Below, piece by piece: positions 36,105 to 46,581 of a stretch of DNA of 64,000 nt. The notes beneath the pieces are model-generated. The model saw only the letters and a program-made list of their open reading frames with translations, was not told the DNA's origin and did not search any database. The DNA comes from a virus (Duplodnaviria; Caudoviricetes), in IMG/VR virus record IMGVR_UViG_2896201746_000001, positions 32,001-96,000 of that record. One strand, 5' to 3'. Numbering within the stretch: the stretch's first letter is position 1; every line of letters starts with the position of its first letter. Position numbers and translations under genes: made by a program.

Positions 36105-38228
36105 ATGATGAAACTTGTGTCTGTGAAGGCCGAGAATTTCGGCCCCTTCGTCGAAGCCGGCCTTCGTCTCGACGACCGCGGCCTGCTGCTGGTGCAGGGC
36201 GACAACCAGCTCTCCAGCTCGGCCGACAGCAACGGCTCGGGCAAGTCGTCGCTGCTGGAGGCGATCTTGTGGGCCAACTTCGGCCGCACGATGCGCTACG
36301 ACCTGCGCGGCAAGCCGACCGGCGACGAGTACGTCAACAACCGCTTCGGCCCGACGCCGGGGAAGAACTGCCGCGTGACCTGCACCTGGGACATCGACGG
36401 CCGGAAGGTCGAGATCCTGCGCACCCGCAAAGACAAGGCCCTCAAGAACGTCGTGATGGTGTCGGTCGACGGCAACGACATGACCCGCGGCACGATGAAG
36501 GAGACCGACCGGCTGATCGAGGAGCTGCTCGGACTGGACTTCAATGCGTTCGTGCGCTCGGTCTATTTCGACGGCTCGAAGATCGTCCCGTTCCCAACCC
36601 TGACCGACAAGGAGATCAAGGACGTCTTCGAGCGCGTCCTGGGGCTGGACGATCTGTCGAAGGTCGCCCAGGTCGTGAAGGACAAGCTGCGCCTCGCCAA
36701 TGCCAACCTGTCCGGCGTCCAGAACGATCTGCGCCTCGCGCAGGCCCAGCACTCCACCGCGCTGGTCGAGCAGCAGGTCGCCGAGGGGCGGCAGGCGACG
36801 TTCGAGGCCGAGCGCGCCGCGGAGGTCGAGCAGGCCGAGCGGGAGATCGCCACGCTGGCCGGCACCAGTCAGCGCGATGCCGCCGCGATCCAGGCCGATG
36901 ACGACGCGCTGGCCGCTCGGGAGGCCGAGGCGCATGCGAAGCTCGGCAAGCTCCAGCGCCTCGATGACGCTATTGCTCAATGGAGCAATGACCATGCCGC
37001 CGCACAGAGCAGCCGGGCGACGGCCGCGGCGACGCTCAATCATCTGCGCGCCCAGAACCCGGTGCCGCCGACGGCGCTGCTGATGGAGCGCCAGCAGATC
37101 GCCGGCGAGATGGACCGGCTGGCGCGCGAGATCGGCCGGGTGCAGCATGACATCCAGCATGCCGAGGGCAGGGTAGGGACGGCCTGTTCGGAATGCGGCA
37201 AGCCGGTGGAGCAGGGCGACGTCGAGGGCTTCGTCGCGGCGCAGAAGGGCAGGCTGAACGATCTTGGCCGCCAGCACGCCGACCTGAAGCCGAAGCTGGC
37301 CGACGTCGATGCCCGGATCGCCGCCGACGAGCAGACCCAGCGCCAGGCCATCGCCGCGCGGATCGCGACGGCCGAGGGCGAGCTGGGGGCGGCGAACGCC
37401 CGGCTTACGGCGCTGGGCGAGACGAAAGCGAAGCTCGACAGCTTCGCGACGCTGCGCACGGACATGCAGCGGGTGCTCGCGGAGCTTTCAGGAGCGCGTT
37501 CTCGTCTCGCTGACGAGCGACACGCAGCAGAGCGCGCGAACGCATCCATCGAAGCCCTGCGCGCCCGGATCGCAGACGTGCGCGCCAAGCCCAACCCCTA
37601 TGTCGAGGATGCCGGCCGTTGGAAGACGCGCATGGACGAGCTGGCAGCGCAGATGACCGGGCTGGAGGAGCGGGCGGCCGGCTACGAGAAGGAGATCGGC
37701 CAGCTCAAGGTGCTCGACGACGCCTACGGCCGGACGGGGCTGAAGGCGCATATCCTGGAGACGGTGACGCCGGTGCTGAACGACCGCGCCAACGACTATG
37801 CCCAGCGCCTGGCCGACGGCAAGGTGAAGATCGAGTTCGCGACCGTCACCCGGCTCAAGGACGGCACGCTGGCCGAGCGCTTCTCGGTGAATGTCGAGAA
37901 TGACGAAGGGGCAGGGGCCTATCACGGCCAGTCGTCCGGCGAGAGCCGCAAGATCGACCTCGCCATCGCGCTCGCCATGTCCGATCTCGTCGCCGCCCGT
38001 GCGTCCAAACCGATCGACCTGTTCGTCGCCGACGAGATCGCCGAGAGCCTGGATCCGACCGCGGTGGAGCGCGTCGTCGGGCTGCTGCAGGACAAGGCCA
38101 AGGAGCGCGGCACGATCCTCTGCATCAGCCACGCCGACATGCGCGACCTGATCCCGGACATCGTCACGGTGCAGAAGACGGCGGCCGGCTCGCAGATCAT
38201 CGACGGCGCGATCACGGGAGGGTGGTGA
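36105..38228 (+). CDS. sbcC: SbcC/Rad50-like SMC ATPase (ends ITGGW)
   Basis: NGSGKSS, coiled coil with CSECG hook, SSGE signature, VADE. Confidence 0.93.
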   Translation: MMKLVSVKAENFGPFVEAGLRLDDRGLLLVQGDNQLSSSADSNGSGKSSLLEAILWANFGRTMRYDLRGKPTGDEYVNNRFGPTPGKNCRVTCTWDIDGRKVEILRTRKDKALKNVVMVSVDGNDMTRGTMKETDRLIEELLGLDFNAFVRSVYFDGSKIVPFPTLTDKEIKDVFERVLGLDDLSKVAQVVKDKLRLANANLSGVQNDLRLAQAQHSTALVEQQVAEGRQATFEAERAAEVEQAEREIATLAGTSQRDAAAIQADDDALAAREAEAHAKLGKLQRLDDAIAQWSNDHAAAQSSRATAAATLNHLRAQNPVPPTALLMERQQIAGEMDRLAREIGRVQHDIQHAEGRVGTACSECGKPVEQGDVEGFVAAQKGRLNDLGRQHADLKPKLADVDARIAADEQTQRQAIAARIATAEGELGAANARLTALGETKAKLDSFATLRTDMQRVLAELSGARSRLADERHAAERANASIEALRARIADVRAKPNPYVEDAGRWKTRMDELAAQMTGLEERAAGYEKEIGQLKVLDDAYGRTGLKAHILETVTPVLNDRANDYAQRLADGKVKIEFATVTRLKDGTLAERFSVNVENDEGAGAYHGQSSGESRKIDLAIALAMSDLVAARASKPIDLFVADEIAESLDPTAVERVVGLLQDKAKERGTILCISHADMRDLIPDIVTVQKTAAGSQIIDGAITGGW

Positions 38229-38229
38229 G

Positions 38230-38535
38230 ATGCCGCGCACCCGCACGCCCTGGTCCCACCCTGCCTTCACCGGCGCTGCCGCGACCAGCGCAGCCGCCCG
38301 GCCGGGGCGGGCCACCACGACGATCCTTCAGGAGAAGATTCTGGAGCACCTCACCCTCTGCGGCGAGCAGGGGGCGACCCAGGAGGAGCTGGAGCAGGTC
38401 TTCGCCGGCCAGTACAAGCCGCAGTCCGTGCGCACCCGCACCCGCGAGCTGTACGACATGGGGAAGGTGAGGGCGGCCGGATTCACGCGGCCGACCACGT
38501 CGGGAAACCCGGCGAAGGTCTGGCTGGCCGCATGA
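38230..38535 (+). CDS. Small winged-helix protein
   Basis: GATQEEL...SVRTRTRELYDMGKV...R.T.SG. Confidence 0.7.
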   Translation: MPRTRTPWSHPAFTGAAATSAAARPGRATTTILQEKILEHLTLCGEQGATQEELEQVFAGQYKPQSVRTRTRELYDMGKVRAAGFTRPTTSGNPAKVWLAA

Positions 38536-38751
38536 CCGGCGAGAATGGAGGAGGTTGGGTCTGATCCCGTGAGAACGTGAGGCTCAACGGCAGGCGGCGC
38601 ATAGCACAGTAGCACGGCCTCACGTCCCGCGCCCGGGATACCGGACGCCATTTTGGTATCACAACATCTTGAGCTGGACAAGGCAGATTTCGCCTTGCCG
38701 TGCATAGATGTTGTATTATTATCAGTAAGTACTGACACGAAGCGAGGAATT

Positions 38752-38946
38752 ATGGCCCGCGTCAAGGAAATCCATGTGTCTGTCGGTCGCACGGTTGGGC
38801 TGCCCAACTACGGCTCGATCCGCTTCGACGATGCGGAGGTCGTCGAGCTGGAGCCGGGCGACGATCCGAACCAGGTTTATGCCGATGCCTATGCGCGCGT
38901 CGCCGGCCGGCTGAGCGCGAAGCTCCAGCAGATGGGCGTGAAGTAG
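38752..38946 (+). CDS. Hypothetical protein
   Basis: MARVKEIHVSVGRTVGLPNYGSIRFD; RBS GAGGA. Confidence 0.7.
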   Translation: MARVKEIHVSVGRTVGLPNYGSIRFDDAEVVELEPGDDPNQVYADAYARVAGRLSAKLQQMGVK

Positions 38947-39022
38947 TGCCGGCCCATTGGGTAATACGGCAATAGCGCAATTGACCTATTGGGTCATAGC
39001 CCAATACAGCAAGGACCGAAAC

Positions 39023-39613
39023 ATGAGCGAAATCACGGTGATGGGCCTCGACCCGTCGATCCGCCACACCGGCATCTGCGTCGGCCGGCTGATCCTGCCG
39101 CAGCGCCGCATCATCATCGACGACCTGGCGCTGATCGACACGGAGAAGCGCTCGGGCAAGGACGTGCGGCAGAACTCGGACGATCTGCGCCGGGCCGAGG
39201 AGATCATCACGCAGATCGAGGCCCGGATCGTGAAGCACAAGGTCGCCTTCGCCATCTCCGAAGTGCCGACCGGCGCGCAGTCGGCGCGTGCGGCCTGGAT
39301 GCTCGGCATGGCGGTCGCGACGCTGGCGTCGCTGAAGCTGCTCCGCGTGCCGCTGATCCAGGTGCAGCCGAACGAGACGAAGCTGGCATCGGTCGGCTCG
39401 AAGACCGCGACCAAGCAGCAGATCATCGACTGGGCCTACGACAAGTTCCCGGACCTGCCCTGGCTGACGCATCGCGCGTCGAAGCATCCGCACAAGCTGA
39501 CCGCCGACAACGAGCATATGGCCGACGCCGTCGCCGTCGTGCATGCCGGCATCGAGACGGCGCAGTTTCAGCAGGCCGTCGCGCTGGCCTTCGGCATGGC
39601 GCGGGCGGCGTGA
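39023..39613 (+). CDS. RuvC-like Holliday junction resolvase
   Basis: MGLDPSIRHTG, ISE, P.ETK, ATKQQII, EHMADA. Confidence 0.85.
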   Translation: MSEITVMGLDPSIRHTGICVGRLILPQRRIIIDDLALIDTEKRSGKDVRQNSDDLRRAEEIITQIEARIVKHKVAFAISEVPTGAQSARAAWMLGMAVATLASLKLLRVPLIQVQPNETKLASVGSKTATKQQIIDWAYDKFPDLPWLTHRASKHPHKLTADNEHMADAVAVVHAGIETAQFQQAVALAFGMARAA

Positions 39614-39700
39614 GCCTTGCCTTGGTTTGCGGTATCAGTAACCGATGACTAGAATATACCTCCCGACATCGAGCGGGACTCTTCACCGGAGACCCTCCCT

Positions 39701-41482
39701 ATGATCCAGATCGACTATAGCCGGGACGCTCTGCTGAGCGAGCAGTCCCTGAAGCTCCTGGCCGAGCATTACCTGCACCCCGGCGAGCGCCCGCAGGACG
39801 GCTTTGCCGCGGCGGCGATCGCCTGGGCCACCTTCCGCGGCGTCACCGATTGGGCGCTCGCCCAGCGCCTCTACGACTATGCCAGCAAGGGCTGGTTCGG
39901 CTGGGCCTCGCCGCCACTGTCGAACGCCCCGCGCGCCGGCAAGCCGACCAAGGCTCTGCCGATCTCGTGCTTCGCCGGCGCGGTGGAAGACACGCTGGAG
40001 AGCCTGGTCGCCCACGACAACGAGCTGAAGTGGCTGTCGATCATGGGTGGCGGCGTCGGCGGGCACTGGGATCTCGTGCGCTCGGTCGACCGCAAGGCTC
40101 CCGGCCCGATTCCGTTCATCGTGACGGCCGATGCGACGGTGCGCGCCTACAAGCAGGGTGCGATCCGGCGCGGCAGCTATGCGGCCTACCTGTCGGTCAG
40201 CCATCCCGACATCCGTGAGTTCATCGGCCTGCGCCTGCCGGCGGCCGCCGGCGACAGCAACCGCAAGTGCCTGTCCACCGGCTTCCACCATGCCGTCAAC
40301 ATCACCGACGACTTCATGCGCGCGGTGATCGAGGGCAAGAGCTGGGATCTGATCGACCCGCATCACGGCGACGTGCGTGAGACTGTCGATGCCGCCGAGC
40401 TGTTCGCCCAGATCCTCGAAACCCGTGCGCGCACCGGCGAGCCGTATCTGAACTTCATCGACACGGCCAACCGGCATCTGCCAGAGGCGCAGAAGAAGCT
40501 GGGCCTGAAGATTCTCGGCTCGAACCTCTGCGACGAGATTCATCTGGCGACCGGGCGCGACATCTTCGGCAAGATGCGAACGCTCGTCTGTTGCCTGTCG
40601 AGCCTGAACATCGAGAAGCGCGACGAATGGCTGCCGGTGATCTGGCAGTTCGTCGGCGACCTCATCACCGCCCTCGACAACATCATCGAGTATTTCATCG
40701 AGCACGCGCCCGACACCATCGCCACCGCCCGCTACAGCGCCATGCGCGAGCGTGCGCTGGGCCTGGGCACGATGGGCATTCACGCCTACCTGCAATCCAA
40801 GGGCATCCCGTGGGAGAGCTGGGAAGCGGTCGAGCTGGATGAGCGCATCCATGCCGAGATCAAGGCCGCGGCCGAGAAGCGCTCGCTGGAGCTGGGCGCT
40901 GAGCGCGGCGAGGCCCCGGACATGGTCGGCACCGGCCGGCGCAACTCGCATCTGCTTTCCATCGCGCCGACCGCGAACAATGCCTCCATCGTCGGCACCA
41001 GCCCGGGCATCGACCCGTGGAAGGCGAACGCCTTCGCCCACCGGACGCGCGTCGGCACCCACCTCGTCAAGAACCGGCACCTGGAAGCCCGGCTTGAGCA
41101 GCTCGGCCGCAACACCGACGAGGTTTGGCAAGACATCATGCTGAACCGGGGATCGGTGCAGCATCTGGACTTCCTGACCGAGCGGGACCGGGCCGTGTTC
41201 AAGACGGCGATCGAGTTGGATCAGATGTGGGTGGTGCAGCACGCGGCAGCCCGCCAGAAGCATATCTGCCAGGGCCAGTCGCTGAACCTGTTCTTCGCGC
41301 CCGGCACCGACCGCAAGCACGTCGCGAACGTCCACATTGCCGCCTGGGCGCTCGGCTGCAAGGGCCTCTACTACTACCGCACGGAGGCCCGCAACAAAGC
41401 CGACACCGTCTCCAAGTCCATCGAGCGCGTCGCGCTGAAGGACGCCGTCGCCGGCGACGACTGCATCTCCTGCCAGGGGTGA
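39701..41482 (+). CDS. nrdA: Ribonucleotide reductase class I alpha
   Basis: PISCF, GSNLCDE, LGLG.MG, IAPTAN, CQGQSLN, YY, C-terminal CISC. Confidence 0.95.
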   Translation: MIQIDYSRDALLSEQSLKLLAEHYLHPGERPQDGFAAAAIAWATFRGVTDWALAQRLYDYASKGWFGWASPPLSNAPRAGKPTKALPISCFAGAVEDTLESLVAHDNELKWLSIMGGGVGGHWDLVRSVDRKAPGPIPFIVTADATVRAYKQGAIRRGSYAAYLSVSHPDIREFIGLRLPAAAGDSNRKCLSTGFHHAVNITDDFMRAVIEGKSWDLIDPHHGDVRETVDAAELFAQILETRARTGEPYLNFIDTANRHLPEAQKKLGLKILGSNLCDEIHLATGRDIFGKMRTLVCCLSSLNIEKRDEWLPVIWQFVGDLITALDNIIEYFIEHAPDTIATARYSAMRERALGLGTMGIHAYLQSKGIPWESWEAVELDERIHAEIKAAAEKRSLELGAERGEAPDMVGTGRRNSHLLSIAPTANNASIVGTSPGIDPWKANAFAHRTRVGTHLVKNRHLEARLEQLGRNTDEVWQDIMLNRGSVQHLDFLTERDRAVFKTAIELDQMWVVQHAAARQKHICQGQSLNLFFAPGTDRKHVANVHIAAWALGCKGLYYYRTEARNKADTVSKSIERVALKDAVAGDDCISCQG

Positions 41483-41489
41483 TCCACCG

Positions 41490-42710
41490 ATGAGCCTGTT
41501 CGAGTACAGCACCGCCTACAAGCCGTTCCTCTTTCCCTGGGCCGTCGAGCTGGCGGTCGAGCACGAGCGCATGCACTGGACGGAGGAGGAGGTCGATCTT
41601 GCCGACGATGTCGCGGACTGGAAGACGCCGGGCCGCCTGACGCCGGCCGAGAAGAACTTCATCAGCCAGATTCTGCGGATGTTCACCCAGAGCGACGTGA
41701 ACGTCGGCCGCTTCTACCTCGACTACCTCGTGCCGCGCTTCAAGAACAACGAGATCCGCAACATGCTGGCCTCGTTCGCGGCACGCGAGGGCACCCATCA
41801 GCGCGCCTATGCACTGCTGAACGACACACTGGGCTTCCCGGAGAGCGACTACACCGCCTTCATGGAAATCCGGGAGATGGCCGACAAGTCGGACTTCATG
41901 CTCGACGCCGACCCCAGCAGCCACGGCGGCCTGGGGCTGACGCTGGCGAAGTCGGTGTTCAATGAAGGCGTCTCGCTGTTCGCCAGCTTCGTCATGCTCC
42001 TGAACTTCCAGCGCCGCGGCCTGATGAAGGGCATGGGCAAGGTTGTGGAGTGGAGCACGAAGGACGAGAGCAAGCACGTCGAAGGCATTGCCCGGCTGTT
42101 CCGGGCGCTCTGCGACGAGCATCCCCGGATCGTCACCGACGCCTTCAAGCGCGCGATCTACAGCATGGCCCGGCAGGCGGTCGAGCTGGAGGATCGCTTC
42201 ATCGACTTGGCCTATGCGCAGGGCGCGGTCGAGGGCCTCGCACCGGAGGAGGTGAAGGCTTACATCCGCTTCATCACCGACCGGCGGCTCGTCCAGCTCG
42301 GGCTGAAGCCGAACTTCTCGGTGGGCGGCAAGAATCCGCTGCCGTGGGTGGACGTGGTGCTGAACGCCCCGGACCTGACCAACTTCTTCGAGAACAAGGT
42401 TGCCGATTACGAGGTCGGCTCGCTGAGCGGCGACTGGAGCTTCGCGCCGCCGCGGCGCTTCCGCGTCTACAGCAAGGACGGCTGCCCGTTCTGCCGCCGG
42501 GCAAAGGATTTCCTGGCAGGGCAGGGGCATGCGCTGGAGATCGTCGATCTGAGCGACGACGCCGAGCGCCAGGCCTTCTACGACGAGCGCGGCTTCCAGG
42601 GCCGCGAGCGCTCGGTGCCGAAGATCTACGAGCTGGACGCGGTCGGCGGCGAGACGCTGATCGGTGGCTTCACGGAGACGCACGCGCTGCTGTCGCCAGA
42701 AGTCGCTTGA
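41490..42710 (+). CDS. nrdB: Ribonucleotide reductase beta fused to glutaredoxin
   Basis: EGTHQRAY, EGVSLF, DESKH, NFFE; C-terminal GCPFC...SVPKI...IGGF. Confidence 0.93.
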   Translation: MSLFEYSTAYKPFLFPWAVELAVEHERMHWTEEEVDLADDVADWKTPGRLTPAEKNFISQILRMFTQSDVNVGRFYLDYLVPRFKNNEIRNMLASFAAREGTHQRAYALLNDTLGFPESDYTAFMEIREMADKSDFMLDADPSSHGGLGLTLAKSVFNEGVSLFASFVMLLNFQRRGLMKGMGKVVEWSTKDESKHVEGIARLFRALCDEHPRIVTDAFKRAIYSMARQAVELEDRFIDLAYAQGAVEGLAPEEVKAYIRFITDRRLVQLGLKPNFSVGGKNPLPWVDVVLNAPDLTNFFENKVADYEVGSLSGDWSFAPPRRFRVYSKDGCPFCRRAKDFLAGQGHALEIVDLSDDAERQAFYDERGFQGRERSVPKIYELDAVGGETLIGGFTETHALLSPEVA

Positions 42711-42832
42711 GCAATGGCGCAATAGCTACATGGAGCCATGTAGCTATTGCCCTATGCGCGGCTGCCAACCTGCGCTGGATCTTCTCGGGTGCTGGCCCTA
42801 GTGTCCGCGCCCGAGCTACCAGGGAGCCAGTC

Positions 42833-43108
42833 GTGCAGAACGTGATCGCCGCGGCCGTTGCAGCCGCCATCGTGACCGGCGGGGCCGTCTACATCGCCCA
42901 GATGCCAAAGCCGCGCGATAGCGCGATCGGCCGCTTCCAGATGATGAAGAACGGCGAGACGGGAGTTTGGCGTCTCGACACAACGACAGGCGAGCTTAAT
43001 GCCTGCTACATTCTCTCTGGCAAGGACGGCGTCACGAGAGGATGCGTTGGAGTCGAGGTGCCTCCGCCCAACCACTTTGACAAGTACGACACGCCTGCCC
43101 AGAAGTGA
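42833..43108 (+). CDS. Small membrane-anchored/exported protein
   Basis: Hydrophobic N-terminus; GRFQ...VWRLDTTTG..C. Confidence 0.6.
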   Translation: MQNVIAAAVAAAIVTGGAVYIAQMPKPRDSAIGRFQMMKNGETGVWRLDTTTGELNACYILSGKDGVTRGCVGVEVPPPNHFDKYDTPAQK

Positions 43109-43114
43109 GCACCC

Positions 43115-43140
43115 AGCCCCGGCTTGCACCGGGGCTTTCC
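43115..43140 (+). terminator. Intrinsic terminator
   Basis: agccccgg-cttgca-ccggggct-ttc. Confidence 0.65.
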
Positions 43141-43215
43141 TGCGGCGCTCTTTTATATTCACCACTCACTGATAATATCGTATAGTCGCGTCATAGAACA
43201 CAACGAGGTGAGCAT

Positions 43216-43800
43216 ATGAGCACTCCCTTCACCGGAGCTGAGTTCCATCGACTGACAATGCGTACCGCAGCCTCGAACCTGCATCCCGAGAAGATCGAGC
43301 TGACCAAGCTGTGTGCCGGCATGGCCGGCATCATTGGGCTGGCCCGCGCCCTCGATCTACTGAAGAAGGGCTTGGTCTACGGCAAGGACATCGACGCCGA
43401 CGGCTTCGCGAACGCCCTCTATGAGGTTGTCAACGAGGATACCGCCCCCTTCACCGAAGAGGACGAGGACCGTATCAACCTCGATGCCGTCCCGGCCGAC
43501 GTCACCCACGCCATTCTCGGCATCGTCACCGAAGCCGGCGAGCTGGCCGAGGCGTGGCTGAAGGCGGTTCTCGGCAAGCAGCCGCTCGATCTGGTCAACG
43601 CCGCCGAGGAGACCGGCGACATCGACTGGTATCAGGAGCTGCTGGCGCGCGGCACCGGCATCGCCGTCGACGACGCCCGCGCCCGGGTGATCGCCAAGCT
43701 GGTCAAGCGCTACGGCGACAAGTTCTCGGAGGACCGGGCGCTGGTGCGCAACCTGGACGCCGAGCGCGCGGCGCTCGAAGGCAACGCCGAGGCGGCATGA
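43216..43800 (+). CDS. MazG-like nucleotide pyrophosphohydrolase
   Basis: GIVTEAGEL...EETGDIDWY...KLVKRY. Confidence 0.85.
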   Translation: MSTPFTGAEFHRLTMRTAASNLHPEKIELTKLCAGMAGIIGLARALDLLKKGLVYGKDIDADGFANALYEVVNEDTAPFTEEDEDRINLDAVPADVTHAILGIVTEAGELAEAWLKAVLGKQPLDLVNAAEETGDIDWYQELLARGTGIAVDDARARVIAKLVKRYGDKFSEDRALVRNLDAERAALEGNAEAA

Positions 43801-44060
43801 TGGTCGCGACGCGCAACACGCCGTCCATGAGCGCATCGGCCGGCGAAATGGGCACCGTGGCCAACATGATGGTCGAGGGCACGCGCCGGTCGGCCGGCCG
43901 TAAGCTCAACACGGTCGAGACGGCGACGGCAAACCTGATCGGCAGCCAAGTGGTCATCAACGCGACGCTGTTGCGCGTCGAGCATCGTCTGGCCGCGATC
44001 CAGTGGCTCCTGACGGCCGGCCTCGTCGCCGGCCTCCTCAAAATGTTTGGGGTGTTTTGA
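43797..44060 (+). CDS. Small protein with C-terminal TM helix
   Basis: ATGA overlap; [20 protein letters not shown]. Confidence 0.6.
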   Translation: MMVATRNTPSMSASAGEMGTVANMMVEGTRRSAGRKLNTVETATANLIGSQVVINATLLRVEHRLAAIQWLLTAGLVAGLLKMFGVF

Positions 44061-45100
44061 TGAGACAGTACCTCGACCTTCTCCAGGACATCATCAACAC
44101 CGGCACCGACAAGGCCGACCGTACCGGCGTCGGCACGCGCTCGGTGTTCGGCCGGCAGATGCGCTTCAACCTGGCCGACGGCTTCCCGCTGATGACCACC
44201 AAGAAGGTGTTCTTCAAGGGCGTCGCGGCCGAGCTGCTCTGGTTCATCTCCGGCGATACCAACATCAAGCCGCTGGTGGAGCAGGGCGTCTCGATCTGGA
44301 CCGACTGGCCGCTGGCCGACTACAACAAGCGGTGCCCGGTCGGTCAGATGATGACGCGCAGCGAGTTTGAAGCGAAGATCCTCGCCGACGACGGGTTTGC
44401 CCGGCAGTGGGGCGAGCTTGGGCCGGTCTACGGTCATCAGTGGCGCAACTTCGGCGAGGAGCTGGGTGGCGACGGCGTCGATCAGCTGGCCGAGGCGATC
44501 GAGACGCTGCGCACCAAACCCGACAGCCGGCGCATTATCGTCAACGCCTGGAACGCCGCCGAGGTTGAGGCCGCCGCGCTGCCGCCCTGCCACATGATGT
44601 TTCAGTTCAACAGCCGGCCGCTCGATTTTGGTCGCCGTCTGCGCTTCGCCGCCGAGCGGATGAACGCCGACTTCTCGACCACCCACGCCAAAATCCGAGG
44701 CTGGGTCGACCCCGACGATTGGGTCTCCGGCGGCAGGGTCGACGCCTATATGGACGAGATCGGCGTTCCTAAGCGCGCCCTCGACCTCCAATTCTACATG
44801 CGGTCGGTCGACGTCTTCCTGGGGCTGCCCTTTAACATCGCGTCCTATGCGCTGCTGACCCACATGGTCGCCCAGATCACCGGCCACGCGCCGGGCGAAG
44901 TCGTCTGGACCGGCGGCGACGTCCATATCTATCAGAACCATTTCGAGCAGGTGCGCGAGCAGCTCCGGCGCGAGCCTCGCCCCCTCCCGGCCCTGCGGCT
45001 GAACCCGGAGGTTCGGGAGATCGGCCAGTTCAAGATCGGCGACATCGAGCTGGTCGGCTACGATCCGCATCCGGCGATCAAAGCTCCGGTGGCCGTCTGA
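44060..45100 (+). CDS. thyA: Thymidylate synthase
   Basis: [35 protein letters not shown]. Confidence 0.96.
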   Translation: MRQYLDLLQDIINTGTDKADRTGVGTRSVFGRQMRFNLADGFPLMTTKKVFFKGVAAELLWFISGDTNIKPLVEQGVSIWTDWPLADYNKRCPVGQMMTRSEFEAKILADDGFARQWGELGPVYGHQWRNFGEELGGDGVDQLAEAIETLRTKPDSRRIIVNAWNAAEVEAAALPPCHMMFQFNSRPLDFGRRLRFAAERMNADFSTTHAKIRGWVDPDDWVSGGRVDAYMDEIGVPKRALDLQFYMRSVDVFLGLPFNIASYALLTHMVAQITGHAPGEVVWTGGDVHIYQNHFEQVREQLRREPRPLPALRLNPEVREIGQFKIGDIELVGYDPHPAIKAPVAV

Positions 45101-45606
45101 TGATCGTCTCCATCATCGCTGCCGTGGCGCTCAACGGCGTGATCGGCAGTAAGGGCAAGCTGCCCTGGCATTTGCCGTCCGATCTCAAGCGCTTCCGCGA
45201 GCTGACGATCGGGAAGCCAATCATCATGGGGCGCAAGACCTGGGAGAGCCTGCCCGATGGCCGGCTCCCGTTCCGCACCAACATCGTGGTCAGCAGCCAG
45301 GCACACCGAGCCGCCTTCATACCCGCCCCCGATTTCGTCATGCCGTCGCTCGAAGCGGCGCTCGATCTGGTGCGCAGGGCAGGGGAGGGGGAGGCCTGCA
45401 TCATCGGCGGCGGCGAGATCTACAAGCAGGCCCTGCCGCTTGCCGACCGCGTCCATCTGACCCGCGTCAGCCTTCACCCGGAGGGCGATGCGACCTTCCC
45501 AATCTCCCCCTGGATGCCCGGCTTCAAGCAGACGCTGGAAAGCGGCTGGCTGATCGAGAACGGCATCCAGTTCCGCTACGAACTCTACCTGAAGGAGACC
45601 GCATGA
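45100..45606 (+). CDS. folA: Dihydrofolate reductase
   Basis: LPWHLPSDLKRF, MGRKTWESLP, IGGGEIY, EGDATFP. Confidence 0.96.
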   Translation: MIVSIIAAVALNGVIGSKGKLPWHLPSDLKRFRELTIGKPIIMGRKTWESLPDGRLPFRTNIVVSSQAHRAAFIPAPDFVMPSLEAALDLVRRAGEGEACIIGGGEIYKQALPLADRVHLTRVSLHPEGDATFPISPWMPGFKQTLESGWLIENGIQFRYELYLKETA

Positions 45607-45851
45607 ATCCCGCGATCTTCGTCGTGCTGCTGAGCGTGCTGACGCCGGCCGGGTACGCCTGCGCCGGCACCGCGCCCATCCTCTACGCCGCCCAGGCCGC
45701 AGCGCCGGCGGCCGATACGCTACGCACCGTCATCGCCGACGGCAGCGAGCACCTCTCCATTCTGCCCGGCAGCCGCACCAAGCGGCAGCCCGTCACCCAA
45801 GCCGCCGGCAAGGACGATTTCGGCCCGGTCGGTGCTATCATTCATCGCTGA
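45603..45851 (+). CDS. Small exported/lipoprotein-like protein
   Basis: Hydrophobic N-terminus; ATGA overlap. Confidence 0.5.
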   Translation: MNPAIFVVLLSVLTPAGYACAGTAPILYAAQAAAPAADTLRTVIADGSEHLSILPGSRTKRQPVTQAAGKDDFGPVGAIIHR

Positions 45852-45863
45852 GAGACGACGACA

Positions 45864-46253
45864 ATGAACCTAACGAAGCCCACCCTCGACGAAATCCGCG
45901 AAGGCGCTGCGCCGGAGTTGGCGGCAATCGGCGCTGTCGATCCCGCGGCCTACCGGCGCTCGCTGATCGAGACGCTGATCGAGGTCTGGAAGCTCTGCAT
46001 GCAGCATCCCGCCGCTCGCTTCCTCGATCCCAGCGCCGCCGAGAAGTTCCGTTCGGAGCTGAAGACGCTGCCGCTGGCCGACCTGGAGAAGCGCGTCATG
46101 GCGCTGCAGGAACAGAACCCGGAGGTGCTGGCCGCGGCAATGAAGAAGAGCGGCTTCAAATTCACCCACAACGCCGACGGCATGCGCATCGAGCTGGCCG
46201 ATGACAATCCGACCGGCCGCGTTGTCACCCGCGAAGAGTTCGAGGCCCTGTGA
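45864..46253 (+). CDS. Hypothetical protein
   Basis: Codon bias; operator motif upstream. Confidence 0.65.
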   Translation: MNLTKPTLDEIREGAAPELAAIGAVDPAAYRRSLIETLIEVWKLCMQHPAARFLDPSAAEKFRSELKTLPLADLEKRVMALQEQNPEVLAAAMKKSGFKFTHNADGMRIELADDNPTGRVVTREEFEAL

Positions 46254-46435
46254 TGCGATACGCACTCCCCTGCATCGTTGGATGGATTTCTGTCGCGGCG
46301 TCGGTGATCGCGCTGAGCGCGGCAGCACAGGCCGCCGTCGAAGGCGCGGCCACTGCTGCCGGCTTCGTCGGCGTGATCGGATCGGTCGCCTGTGCGGTCG
46401 CCACCGGCGTCTCGGCCACCCGTGGAGGCAACTGA
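46250..46435 (+). CDS. Small 2-TM membrane protein
   Basis: Two hydrophobic stretches. Confidence 0.55.
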   Translation: MMRYALPCIVGWISVAASVIALSAAAQAAVEGAATAAGFVGVIGSVACAVATGVSATRGGN

Positions 46436-46581
46436 TGAGCATTGGATCCGGAATCGCCATCCTCGGCATCTGGCTGGTGCCGGCTGCGGCCATGTTCTCC
46501 CGCCATGTCGGCGGCGCTGGCGTCCTGTTGGCGCTGGGCTGTGCCTGTGCCGCCACCGGCCTGATCGCAGGAGCGCTGTGA
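46435..46581 (+). CDS. Small 2-TM membrane protein
   Basis: MSIGSGIAILGIWLVP...; TGATG coupled on both sides. Confidence 0.6.
   Translation: MSIGSGIAILGIWLVPAAAMFSRHVGGAGVLLALGCACAATGLIAGAL

Noticed and set aside
2068-45070. Long minus-strand ORFs opposite helicase, dnaB, cobT-like, dnaE, nrdA, thyA and others
   Set aside because: Antisense shadows of high-GC coding genes with no recognisable motifs
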